Translations under genes and position numbers: made by a program
Assembly (NCBI GenBank): GCA_035084275.1
Contig: CM068745.1
Location: forward strand, 57,040,001-57,104,000
Direction of reading: 5' to 3'
Source of the DNA: Hydrolagus colliei
Lineage: Eukaryota
Length of the DNA: 64,000 nt
The notes under the pieces: generated by a model
Seen by the model: only the letters and a program-made list of their open reading frames with translations
What the model was told of the DNA's origin: nothing
The model's database searches: none
Shown: in pieces, positions 39,340 through 52,639 of the stretch
Position numbering within the stretch: the first letter of the stretch is position 1
Layout of the letters: every line of letters starts with the position of its first letter

Positions 39340-40050
39340 TCCCTTTATGAACCCCTCAGCCAATCAGGAACCTAGGCAGCTTGTTCGACCCTCAACATTA
39401 CTTTCTACCCCCACATCCAAGCCATGACCCACCCTGCCTTCACCCACCTCTGCAACATTTCCCGACTCCGCCACTACCTCAACCACCACTGTTTCGACCC
39501 ACCCTCATGCATGCCTTCATTATAACCAGGCTTAACTATACCAATTTCCTGCTTGTCTGCCTTCCCAACTCTTCCCTCCACAAGCTGCAGATCATTCAGA
39601 ACTCTGCAGCTCATGTCCTCTCTTGCACCAGGCTCTATGACCGCATCACACCCAACCTGGCCCAGCTCCACTAGCTCCCCATCCCACTGGCTCTCCATCC
39701 CTGAGAAGATTGGGTTCAAAATTCTCGTTCTTATCTTTAAGGCCCTCCATGGCCTTGCCATCTACTACCTCACTGACCTACTAACCCCTTATCAACTAGT
39801 TTACTCCCTGCGCTCACCAGGCTCCGGCCTACCATCGTGGTTAGGCCTTCAGCCTTTCTGCCCATAATCTCTGGCACTCCATCTGAATATCCCTTTGTCT
39901 CACTCCCTTCTTTGCCTCCCTCAAGGCATGACTCAAGGCCCTCTCTTAGACCTTTGGCCACACTCTTACCTCCACTTTCTCCACCCTCCATGCTTCCTGA
40001 TCCCAACACCAGCCCCCCTCACCACCACCGCCTTAGCTTCTCAGTTCTAT
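39340..40050 (+). mobile_element. L2 LINE 3' fragment
   Basis: HAFIITRLNYTNFLL..LQIIQNSAAHVL; FKILVLIFKALHGLA. Confidence 0.85.
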
Positions 40051-41659
40051 CAGGTCTAAGAAATTGTAATCAGGCCAAGAAATGCTCAGGAAAAGATGTT
40101 TCCTCATTTGCAAATTAGCATGTGTCTTCTGATTGCAAAACCTTCTGATTGTAGCAGCACAACTCACCTAGCTTTGATATACTTCATGCTTCATTAATTT
40201 CATTACAAAATGTCTAGAGCAACCTCAGCAACCCAATTATGAGTACAAAAGTAGACTGAATTATTTTGATTATTGAACATCAGCCCACATCAAAACACCA
40301 TGGGAAAAATTCTAAAGCAGCTTCATATTGCAATGTGAAATATGACACAATCCATTTTCTTCCACATGAAGAATTGTTTCTGTTCCCTTCAATTTCATAC
40401 CCATTTGATTTCATTATTGATATTTCCACCTTTTACAATACAGGTGGCATGGCATTTTATTGTTTCTGGAGTGTATTATTATATTTTAATTTTAAAAACT
40501 GACAATAGCTGGACACAAGGGACAGATTTTTTTTTAAACAAAACTTTTTTCTTGCTGGACTAACTGGGCCTAGAGTTAATGGTTTACAACATCAACAAAA
40601 TTATAGCGCCTTTCACATCAGGAGGATGTCCCAAGGCACTGGGTTTAAAACTTCAGTTCAGTGCAATGGGTGACTTTGGTGACATTGGCCTTCAATCCGA
40701 GTAAACACTGAATGGAATTTTGACCCAAACGTTTTTGTGCTGGTGTGCTAAAGTATTAGAGCCATACATGGATAAAATTAAGAACAGCTATAAACAGTTC
40801 ATTGGTATGGATTCTGTTAGGTTGCTTCTGACAAGTGCCTATGTTACACATCTACAGAACTGTGTTCACCAACACTTTACTGATTCATTTAGCATCACCT
40901 TGGAAACTGTTTAGTCTAGAAACCTCTACTATCATATGATCTTCCAGCAATATTCTGCTTGGTGTTATCTTGTTTCCCTTTAAATTGCTCTGTGTGTGCT
41001 GGAATTGACGAGCCATCCTTTTTCTAACAGCTCAAGGGTTCCTCAGGGCTGTGTTCCCACTCACAATTTTTTCACCATTTCCATGGCATCCTCATGCATC
41101 TCTAAATCTCTAACCCTATGCACCCTTATTGATGATTCCAGTCTATGCTGATCAATTTATTGCAGATCATATGCCCTCAGTACATACAATCTTTATTCCT
41201 CTCACAGTGCAATGGGTGGATCACTATATTTTGATCTCCTCCATGTGCTTGAATTGAGCAGTGAAAATCTTGGTGCTTTCAACTGTTCAAAAACATTATT
41301 ACTTAATTTCTCTTCAAGTGCAACCAGCATTATCTTTGGTGCCTCCAGTTTTAATTCATCTTCATCTATTTATATAGGGATGGAAACTTTGGGATTTGCA
41401 CCTAGATTCACAAAGGTTTCATAAATATCGAATCCCAACCAGATGTAACCAGATATACATTATGCTGACCTGTTGCTGACCACACTGATTCAATACATCT
41501 GGAAGTAGTTTGTGTTTCTTGTAGGTTGTCGGCCAGAATCTAAATACTGTCAGGATTCAATATTCAGGAATCCTTTGTAAATTCAGATTATGATTCAAGC
41601 TTTTTTAACCTATTTTTGACCCACTGTTGATCATGCTATCTTCTCTGATTTTAAATTGC

Positions 41660-42160
41660 ACAACACTTTAGAAGGTATACCAAATCCGCGGAGAGGGTGC
41701 AGGAGATTTACCAGAATAGTACCAGGGTTGAGGGACTTTCCAGGGATAGTGGAGAGACTCAAGAAGCTGGGATTGTTCTCCTTGGAAACGATAGGGTTCA
41801 TAGGGAGATTTAATAGAACTGTCCCAAATTATGAGGGCTTTTGATATGGTAAACAGATAACAACTATTTCCACTGACAGGTGGGTTCGCTAACCAAGAGA
41901 CATAGAATCAAGATAATTGACAAAGAACCAGAGGGGAGGTGAGAATTTTGTTTTTATCAAGAGAGTTGTTACAGTCTGCACTGCATTGCCTGAAAGGGTG
42001 GTAGAAGCAACTTTCAAAAGGGTATTGGATTGATACTTGAAGAGAAAGTTTAAAACAAAATATATGGGGAAAGAGCGGGGGAGTAGGAATGATTGGGTGA
42101 AGCCGGCACACTCATGATAGGTGAAATGGCCTTTTTTGTGCTGTAATATTCTATGCTTCT
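41660..42160 (+). mobile_element. Diverged CR1 3' fragment
   Basis: RRFTRIVPGLR..ERLKKLGLFSLE; tail atattctatgcttct. Confidence 0.75.
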
Positions 42161-43635
42161 TATCTATTCCATTACTGAAGTTGTTTCTCAGAATCCCGGC
42201 TTCCTTTTCAAGCTAAACATTTATTTTCATCTGAACAACTGTAACTCTGTGAAATCTGAGTTAATTCAAGACTCTCATAATTCACAATTACAGCTACCAT
42301 TCTCTGAGCACATCTCTTACACTTGTGGATATGATATAGAACTAACAGATTTAAATAATTATAACCCTTACATTGAATAGAGCGCCTTCCCTATTGGGAG
42401 GATGTCTGAACCACATACACAGCATTCAAGTGTCAGAGTAGACTTTATTAATTTCAGTTCCAATATGGAACTTGAACCAATATCCTTTTGATTCAGAGGT
42501 CATAGTGCTACCCAATGACCTATGCTGATAATATATACAATTCTCCACCTCTTTCCTTCTGCAGTCTGCAACTTTATTCAACAGAATCATATAACATAAT
42601 TCAGGTATCACGTTACCTTTACTTCCTTACGTATCTTTTCTCGCTCACTCGTTTCAACTTTGCTGTCTTGCACGCCTATGTTTCTAAATGAAAAAAATGT
42701 GTTCTGCATCATGCAACATTACTCAATTTCTGTGCTGCCCTGGAATGCTGATTCTGTACCCGAAGTATGGCAGAAATTAATTTGGGGCTAGAATTTGAAT
42801 ATTGTTGTATATTTTTATGGTGCTGAAAAGAATAACTAAAGCAGAAGCAACAAAAGACACAGCAGTGACCATTCCAGTGTACCATTGTGTAATAGAATCT
42901 GTCTGGGTATGTTGCATTTTCTTTGGAGTATTGCATTCTCTATTTCAAATTATCAGAGTGAATGCAACACAAGATGAGATACAAGCTGATTACAGGAATA
43001 TCTTCTCCGTATATATTGCATCCAAGTGCATCACTAGACATCTCCTGATGGGTAAAGAGAAACACAGTCTTACAAGTGGAATTTTGACACAGCAGTGCTC
43101 ACTTCTCTGGGGATTTTGTAAGAAAAACCATTGAATTACAGTGAAAAACTCTCATAATGAACTGTTATAATGTAATTCCCTCTCTAATAAAAAGTTTTGT
43201 CACACCAAATGTTGTTACAGTCTCGAAAGGCTTCTTTTATTGGAAAACTTTTTACATATTATCACATTTAATATGGTAAATAATATTTCATTACAAAAAT
43301 GATTTTTTCCCACCTCAAGTTTACTTGATTTGTTTTGAGTGACAATGATCATACCCTCGGGAAGGCACAAAACCCTGAATAATTAAGTCACATTTTATAT
43401 TGATATTCAATATTTTTTTAATTCATTTGTTTGTAGAATGGTTTCAGTATTCTAAATTAAGTAGAAAAGAACAAAATAGCATAATTGAAAGATGGGATTT
43501 ATCACTGAACAGATGGAAAAATCTATGTGGAACTGAAGAAACAAAAGAAGAGATTTTGTCGTAAATGACTGTTTCAAACAAGAATGAGAGTTAAGGATTC
43601 AATCAGTGCACTATAGGATTGAAAGCTATAGGCTG

Positions 43636-45288
43636 TGCTCATTGGACCCCATCCCCACCCCCCTCCTCCGCACCCAGCTCCATTTGTTAGCCCCACTCAT
43701 TTCTGACACCATTAACCTTTCCCTCTCCTCAGGAACTGTCCCTACCTCCCTTAAAACAGCCACCATCACCCCTATCCTGAAGAAACCCTCCCTTGATGCG
43801 TCGCAACCATCAAGTTATGGACCCATCTCCAACCTCCCGTTTCTATCCAAGGTCCTTGAAAGAGTGGTTGCCTCCCAGCTCCGCTCTTTCCTTTCAACTC
43901 ATTCACTTTTTGAACCCCTCCAATCAGGTTTCCGCCCTATCCACAGCACAGAAACTGCCCTGGTCAAGGTCACAAATGACATCCTAACCGCCTGTGACCA
44001 GGGCTCCCTCTGCCTCCTCGTCCTCCTTGACCTGTCTGCTGCGTTCGACACAGTCGATCACACCATCCTCCTTCAACGTCTTTCCTCCCACCTCAACCTT
44101 CAAGGCACAGTCCTTGACTGGTTACACTCTTATTTGACCCATCGTTTACATTTTGTTTCTTCCAATGGCTTTTCATCAAACCCCCGCACAGTTTCCCACG
44201 GCGTCCCTCAAGGCTCTGTCCTTGGTCCCCTTCTTTTCATCCTTTACACACTCCCTCTGGGCGACGTCATCCGCAAACATGGGGTAAATTTCCACATGTA
44301 TGCGGATGACACCCAGTTGTACCTTTCTGCCTCATCCCTCAACCCCCAGACGATCGATGTTCTGACAGCATGTCTGTCCGACATCGAATCGTGGACGAGG
44401 GACAACTTTTTGCAATTGAACGTGAGTAAGACCGAGGCCCTCCTGATTGGCTCAAGCCAGCGCCTCCGCACATCAGGCGCTGCCAGCCTCAACATCCAAG
44501 GCTGCACTCTCCACCTCACAAAGCCAATCAGGAACCTCGGCATCATGTTCGATCAAAAACTTTCCTTCCTCCCCCACAACCGCGCCTTGACCGGCACAGC
44601 CTATTTCCATCTGCGCAATATTGCCAGGCTCCGCAACTATCTCACCCCCCGCGCTGCCGAAACACTCGTGCACGCGTACATCACCTCACGGCTGGACTAC
44701 GGAAACTCTCTCCTAGTCGGCCTCCCCAGTTCCTCCATTCACAGGCTGCAGGTCATCCAAAACTCTGCAGCCCGTGTACTATCCCGCACCCGCCTCCATG
44801 ATCACATAACCCCCACCCTCGCCCGTCTCCACTGGCTCCCCATCCTCCAGAGGATCGAATTTAAGATCCTCGTCCTCACCTACAAGGCCTTACACGGCCT
44901 TGCCCCATCCTACCGATCTACTCTCCCCCTACACGCCCACCCGGACCCTCCGTTCAACAGGACTTGGCCTGCTCCAAGCTCCCCGCCCGAACCGCCCCAC
45001 CATCGGAGGCCGGGCCTTCAGTTTCTTCGCTCCCACCCTATGGAATGCCATCCCTCAATCCCTCCGTTTCGCCTCTTCCCTTTCCTCTTTCAAGGCCGGT
45101 TTGAAGACTTTCCTCTTCGATCGTGCCTTTTGTTTCACCCCGAACTCTTTTACCTCCCCTTCGTGTTTCACCCCTTCCCAAACACTCCCCTCCCAGCTTG
45201 GGTCACACGCCTCTTGTTTAGCGCCTTGGGACGTCCTCCCGACGTGAAAGGCGCTATATAAATGTAAATTGTTGTTGTTGTTGTTGTT
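43636..45288 (+). mobile_element. Young 5'-truncated L2 LINE containing the whole RT domain
   Basis: Long open frame with [47 protein letters not shown] and YADDTQ; single frameshift near 44915; stem-loop gcgcctt..acgtc/gacgt..aaggcgc plus (GTT)n. Confidence 0.97.
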
Positions 45289-46075
45289 ATGTTATCTGAA
45301 AGTTGATGAACTGGAGTGGAATTAAAGGTCATATATTGGCAGCGATGATTATTTTCAGGTTTTGATTCAGCTACAAGCTTCGCAATATTTTTTAATTTAT
45401 ATTTTTGGTGAATGTCTCTTTGTAAGTTGGAAACCCAGTTTCAGCAAAATGGCTAGGCAAAGCCTGTGACTCAATGGAGCAGCTATATGTAGCTCATCAA
45501 GCTTAAAAGAACATTCATTACTGAAACTATGGGAATTTTCCCATTTCATATATCAGCCATTTCCATGGCGTTTGTGCAATTATCAATTTAGTTTTGAGTT
45601 ATAGGCAGTGAGCTGAGACTTCCCAAATTGATTTTGTATAGGCCACTTTAAAGCTAGCAATGAGAGAAAACTTTCATCCCATTAATCTGGATTGGATTCC
45701 TACCCGGGTCTCAGAGGTAAAAGGACAATAAACTAAAAGCACAGATAATTCCAAATCAAGGAAGGTTTAAAGTGACTAGCATCATCACAGTTTTTTAGAG
45801 CATTGCCCTTTACAATGATATGACTTGGTGTAAGTGAAATGAACAACTGGAGATTGTTCTCGTCTAAGGGGAGGGGTAAAATCAGGTACCCCACCCCAAC
45901 TGCGGGATTTTTTACCACAAATTTCACATAACCATGGTTGGCTTGCTGCGACCATCCTTGCCAACCATGGCAATGGTTTTTGCGTATCCACGGGTTTTAA
46001 CACTAACACTAGCATTTGGCGCTAGGACCCAGTTGCATCAACCAGCTACGATGTCGCTTCTCCGCATCCACCCCA

Positions 46076-46156
46076 CCTCGGTGTCATCCACCACACCACC
46101 TTCTCCACATCCACTACCCTCGATGTCACCCATCACACCACCTTCTCCACATCCAC
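46076..46156 (+). repeat. Two-copy 42-bp tandem repeat inside a GC-rich patch
   Basis: cctcg.tgtca.cca.cacaccaccttctccacatccac occurs twice. Confidence 0.85.
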
Positions 46157-48058
46157 CCCTCTCGCACTTGTCAGTGATTTATGATCTGGAGGAGGAGGCA
46201 GAGGAAGAGGGTGCACAGGGCCCCTCTTCCATGTAACAGCACGCAATAACCACCTCCCCCATTATCATCATCATTAGGATTTAGGTAAATAATATGAATT
46301 TTTTTGTGTTTAGTTCAAGGACAAGCAAACTTACTCCCCCTATCCCCATGTTTCCCATAGGGCCCTGCATTTTCCAAGCACGGTTTTACTAACCGCGGAG
46401 GTTTTCAGGAATGTATCCCTTGCTGTTGGGGAGGGATACCTGTAGTTATAGTGCTGATTTGTAACCTTCTTTGAGAATCCAAACCGTGAAACATCTGAGA
46501 TGGCAGGTGTGTGCAATAGGGGATGATAGAAATACCTGGATAATTTCCTTCATTATTTGATCCATAGTATAAAGTGATGATGAATGATTGATTCTGCACC
46601 AATTGCAGAAAAGAACTAAACCATTCTCTATTTTGATAAACATTTATTTAGTGATCAAACATTGCTCCCTAAATTAACTTGTTTAGAGTTGCACTACTTA
46701 ATTGTTCTTTAAAGTTCAAGGATGCTGAGTCCGTTATTGGTATTAAATACTTGGCTAAAAGGGTTATAACATTGTAAAGTTTGTGAATCTTTCTTTGAAA
46801 AGCCAATTGAGCTTGTTAATTGGTTGTAATTGTTCCCTTTTGTGCAATACTTCTGTAAATCTGCTATTTGAAACTGAAATCCAAAGGAGGGCAGATCGCT
46901 TCACTTTAGACTTGTGGTTAAATGAGACTTGCAAAATCTAACACACAGCATTTGCAGATGCCAAACTGTGCATGCATGCTGTGCAGAATCTAACTTTATA
47001 CTGAATTGGTTTAGAAGTTTTGTAAATTTTGTTTGCACTTCTAGTTGCCAACATCTTTGTAGTAATGCTTCTTGAATCTACAATTGTTTTTTAATGTTTG
47101 TTTCAGTTTGCATCTAATTGAACACAGAAATGCTGATGCCATGCTAAAATACATAGGGTAGAATAGATATGATAGGTTAGTATGGACATGGCTTCTACAT
47201 TCAGCATGCTGACAAAATGGGTTTTACATTGTGAAGTGTATAAAATTGCAGGCTCTACAAACATATATTTGTCTTTGCAGACCTGTGCCTTGCTGTTTGT
47301 TAGGTAACAATTATTTGGTATAGCAGAACACATGTTTCTACCTTTTTCAGGTACCTGTATCTGGAATGTTCCCTTTTGTATAAATGTATGTATAAATGTA
47401 TAAAATGTATATAGCTTTGATTGTCAGGTGTCATCATCCACTTTCTGGAAGTAAATAAGGAGGCAGCATCCTTCCAGAGACAGAGCCCAAACTCCAGTTC
47501 AGCACTACACTTTACAGTATATCCTGTGATACACTTTGAGACGTCTGCCTGACGTGAAAGCCACTATACCAAACACAAGGATTATTATTATTATTTATTA
47601 TTATTATGTTGACTGAGAGGAGATGGTGGCCAAACAACATTTCTTCTGGGGATGCGGTGCAGATGTCCACAATTGTATGGTTAGTTGGGTATCTGACACT
47701 TATAGACACCCATAAGCATGTGTAGGGTTATTGAAACTACAACAATAAAATTACATTCATAGTGCACCTTTCACTAAACCGTGTACCCCATGTATGTATG
47801 CCACCAATGCATGAACATTTTACCGTGTCCAGAATGGATTGTATACTCTCTTCCATCCCACAGTCCCTTCACCTCACTTCCTCCTTCAAGGCTGGTCTCA
47901 AGATGCACCTCTTCAATCGTGCCTTCTGCCAACTCTCTCCCTTCCTTCCCCTCTGACCTACTGTGCCCTGCCCCTCTCCTGTGCTTGGATCTCGTCCTGA
48001 ATGTTCAATGCCTTTGGACGTCCTCCCGATGTGAAAGGCGCTCTATAAATGTAATTTT

Positions 48059-48635
48059 AAGAACATAAGAATTAGGAGCAGGAGTAGGCCATTTGGCCCT
48101 TCGAGCCTGCTCCGCTATTCAATAAGATCATGGCTGATCTTCTCACCTTACTCTGATTACCTGCCCTATCTCCATATCCCCTAATCCCCCTATTTTTCAA
48201 AAATCTATCAGTCTCTTTAAGAATCTTATATGTTTCAATAAGATGCCCCCTAATTCTTCTGTACTCTAGAGAATACAGCCCTAGTTTATTCAACCTATCC
48301 TCATAGGTCAGTCCCCTCATCCCAGGAACTAACCTAGTGAATCTACGCTGCACCCCCTCTAAGGCAAGTATGTCCTTTTTTAAATAAGGAGACCAAAACT
48401 GCACACAATAGGTGCGGTCTCACCAGAGCCTTGTATGTTGCAGCAAGACTTCCCTACTCTTATACTCTAAACCTTTCGAAATGAACGCTAGCAAGCCGTT
48501 CGCCTTCTTAGTTGCTTGCTGCACCTGCAAACTAACTTTTTGGGACTGGTGTACAAGGACACCCAAATCCCTTTGAACACTAACACTATCTAACTTTTCC
48601 ACCTCTAGAAAATAATCTATTCTTTTAATTTTCAT
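48059..48635 (-). mobile_element. CR1 3' fragment, same subfamily as 5352-6962, inserted into an L2 tail
   Basis: [27 protein letters not shown]; internal deletion near 48215; splits aaatgtaatttt|gttgttg. Confidence 0.93.
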
Positions 48636-49164
48636 GTTGTTGTCTCCTTGGAGGACATTCCCTTCTTATTCATTTCCAGAACATATTAGGTACAGGTTTC
48701 CAAGAGCCAAGACTGACATCAAAGTGTGTGGATATTGCTGGAGTTTAACAGATGTATTCTAATAGTGATGTATAAGGAAGGTCACATCATCCAGAACAAT
48801 ACATTGCACTCCCACCACACCCTTTCCAAATCCCTCCCTTTAACCCTTCTTTGCTTTCAAAGCTGCTTAAAAACCTATTCCTCGTCCCCTTCCATACATC
48901 CCTCCCCGTACAGGCTATCACTCATACTTCGTAAAAACCCCCGTGATGTTCTCCTACATGAAAAGTGCTATATAAATGAAAGGCATGGTTGATGTTGATG
49001 TTTCCAGCCTATCGTCCCACACTGATCCTGTAACTTTGCCAGCATTTCAGTTACGAGTATAGAAAACCAACTTTATATAATTGTTTTACTTATATAGGTG
49101 GTTAACATATTGAATTTAACTCCAACATTGAAAAAAGATTTCTTCCTGGTTGAAAACCCCTTCT

Positions 49165-49475
49165 TCCTGGAGTGGGTGCAGCGGAGGTTCACCAGAATGT
49201 TACCAGGCCTAAGAGGGTTAAGTTATGAGGAAAGGCTGCATAAACTTGTTTTCGGCTCAGGCTCTGCTATTGTGAAGCGTTCTGATACGCCGTCTGGTGT
49301 GGAGGGAGCTATATAAATCCAAGTTGCTGTTGAGTTTAGAAGATTGAGGGGTGATTTGATAGTTTTTTAGGATGATAAAGAAATTTGATAGTGTGTATAC
49401 TATTTTCTCTGGTGGGGGGATGCAAAACAAGGGAGCGTAGTCTCGGCCATTTAAGAGTGAAATTAGGAAGCAAGG
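49165..49475 (+). mobile_element. CR1 fragment interrupted by a short L2-type tail (~49250-49330)
   Basis: LEWVQRRFTRMLPGLRGLSYEERL, resuming with RRLRGDLI. Confidence 0.75.
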
Positions 49476-51819
49476 ATTATTATTATTGGTTATTATTATT
49501 AGCATGCATTCAATGTTCCAAGTATAAATGTGCACAGCAACACTCAAAGTAAAAGATTTTTTCCCAAAGCGATTATGTTCTACTTATGAGTGAATGGCTT
49601 TATTATTTAGGTAAGGTGAGTTCATAAGAATACACAAAGAAACAATCTTTCAACAGCACTAGTTTCCAAGGATGAGCCTTTATATACAGAGGCACAGGGT
49701 CAGACTTGATGAAAGATTATACAGTACATGCATTGACAACAGAAATACCAAAAAAGTGGTGAATGGTTTCTAATAATCATCGATCCTCAACAATTGATTT
49801 TTCAATAGTTTGTAAAACTATTTTGAATGCAAAACAGAACTATTCTTTTTCTGATTTACTATTCCTCAGTATTGACTGTTACATGCAATAATTGTCCAAT
49901 TGTTGGAAGATATTTCACACTGCACATTTGTTTGATTGATATTATTGATTTACTACCCTTCATTTTTCTCCCTTCCACTCCTGAAGATAGGGACTTACAT
50001 ACCATGAGCACCAACAAGTCTCCGGGACTTTACCTAAGGGTTACCCTTCTTGTGAGCCTGATAGTCAGTAGGTTAGTGGTGTGGTAATCTTCCTGAGTAT
50101 GAACCTTTATTAAGAACAATTATCCTTGCATTTGATGGAGCTCAGTGTAGTGAATGTATACGGTTCATTGTAGTGACTGTGTATTTGTAGTTGAGTGTGC
50201 AGACACTTGGCACACTGTATGTCCCACATATGCACAGGAGATGAATGATAAATCTGCCTGTGGGATTGTCCCAGCGTCTTGGGACATCCTCCCGACGTGA
50301 AAGGGGCACTATAAATGTAATTTTGTTGTTGTTGTTGTTGTTGTTTTTGGCTAGGATACTGAGAAAGCTTCAGTTCTCTTTCAAAATAAGTCACTGGGTG
50401 GTGATCAGAAGTTGGAACCATGCTTTTTTTTTTCTCTGCTATGATTGCGGATGGTACCCTCATAGCTGACTTAAGCACGGACCACAGCCTGAACCTGGAA
50501 CCTGTTAGTCGGTATGGTACAGTGTTGCACGCAACGCATGGTACATTTATCCACTGAAGCCCACCTGTGGATCTAATTTGCGGGGATTCATAAATTATAA
50601 ATTATCTGCTGGTATCAAAATAAATGAAAGTTTTGAATCTTGCGGATATCTTGGTTATGGCTCTCGCTCTCACTGGTGCCACGCTTAGATGATGCTTCTA
50701 CAAATTAGATGTCAATAAATTAAAAATCAAGATTCACCTGATTATTTATGTTTTACATAAGAGCTAACTATCATGTTTGAATAATTTAATATTTCAGTTT
50801 GTAAAATGAATAATAAGTCTAAAAGATAATTCTGACCATTTTTATACATAAAGACATTTAAAATGCAGGAAAGAATATTGTCACACCCACAAAAGAATAC
50901 ATTGTAGGCAGTTAAGGTCATTTGACTAAGAACTCTATTCACAGCTTGGATCCAAATACCTGACGGGACATCTTCCTGATGTGAAAGGTACAACTCAAAT
51001 ATAATTGTATATTTTATTGTAATAAGCTTCACATCGTTGTTTTCTTTAACGCCAAAGCAGGAACACTGCTAAATCGTGGTTCTTCATCATAATCCTGTAT
51101 TTACATGATTAATTAAGGACATTAATTAAATAATTGAAATCATTGATCAATATTGATTTGGGGTTCCTAAGGGATCTAATTTTCACTCGGCATATGATCA
51201 ATATGCCATTTGAAACTTTTCACTTTTTACGTGTCAGTTGTTAATTCAGGGCACAGCAAAATACAGTCATGATCAGTTGTAACTATTTGTTTTGTTCTCT
51301 CTCTGTTGAACAGTCTCCTGCAGGGCAAAAGCAACTAGAGCTGCCTCAGTGAGTCAGAAAGTGTCATTAGAGTCATACTGGGCTTTGCTCCTCATCTGAT
51401 AAATTAGTTCAGCTGGTAGAATGTGAAGTTTGTGGTTGATCAGGTACATGGGTGGTATGTTCAATGCTTGAATAATACTGGAATCTAAGCTACGCAAAGC
51501 AGCTGATAAAATGAAGGAAATCTTTGTGGACCATGAAATAACCTTTATTATTTGATGTGTATTATGTGTATGTAGCTTATATTATTATACTATTTGATTT
51601 TTTTTTCAAAAATGAAAACAGGCAGAACAAATAAAAAAAAATATATTTTTAAAGCAAAATGAAGAGGGATTTTGCTCAGTTTCAAGATTTTTTTAATACA
51701 TGGAAAATTATGTTTTAAAAGCTAATAATAATACTGAAATTTGATGCAGCACCTTGTGATTTAGACGGTTTCAAAACATTTCAGAGCTTTTCTGTCAAAT
51801 GTAGTGACTGTTTTTGTGC

Positions 51820-52140
51820 ATCAGCCTGTCTTTGTTGATCATACTCTTGCCTCTGAGTCAGAAATTTATTCAAGCTTCAATGACAGGATTTGGAACTCAT
51901 ATAGTCTAAACTGACCCTCCTATGTTGGGGGTGTGCTGCATTGTCGGAGTGTTGTCCTTCATATGAGATTTAAACTGAGATGGCAACTGCTTGTTCAGGT
52001 GGATGTTAAAGTATTATTTGAAAAGAAAAGGGAGTTTCTCTCCTGGTATCCTAGCCAACAATCCCCAAAATGAAATTGGGCATTCACTTCCTAACTATTG
52101 TGGGACATTTTGGTGTGCAAATTTGGCTGCTTTGTCCAAA
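51820..52140 (+). mobile_element. Older Deu-domain SINE (SacSINE1-like)
   Basis: actcttgcctctgagtcagaa head, caggtggatgttaaag, tgtgggac..gtgtgcaaatttggctgc core. Confidence 0.6.
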
Positions 52141-52639
52141 CATAAAGTAGATACTCACTCCACTCCCAACGTACCCAGGCATCAATGATATCTACACCTA
52201 ATATCATTGGCGGGCAGGTTTTCAGCCATTCTGCACCCCCCCTCTGGAGCTCTATCCCGCATTCCCTCCACCTCGCCCCATCTATCATCTGTCTAGCACC
52301 TTGACGTGAATGGCACTACACAAATCTGATTTTGTTGTTGTATTTATCACATGCTGCTTGTTAATGCCTATAAAGCTGTCAGGTCTAAATTTGGTATTTC
52401 TTCATGAGATTCCCTAATTGTGAATAATGTTTGAATTCACATCATTCTATAGGAATTCTGGAAGTGATTTGTATCCAAGTGGAGTTTCTGCACTTCCAGA
52501 TCACATAACTCTGCTTCTGAAGTCTCAATTCATCCACACAATATACAGTCAATTCAATATACAATATATTCTGTGAAGCTCTTTGAGACCTTGAAGCCAT
52601 GATAAGGCGTGATATCAAATGCAAGGATTATCATTATTA

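Noticed and set aside
41205-41370. Minus-strand open stretch DEDELKLEAPKIMLVALEEKL... as an exon
   Set aside because: Weak acceptor and no recognisable homology; cannot be supported from sequence alone
43606-45261. 551-aa ORF as a host or domesticated RT gene
   Set aside because: It is a 5'-truncated L2 with a non-ATG start in flanking DNA, a frameshift near 44915 and the normal L2 tail
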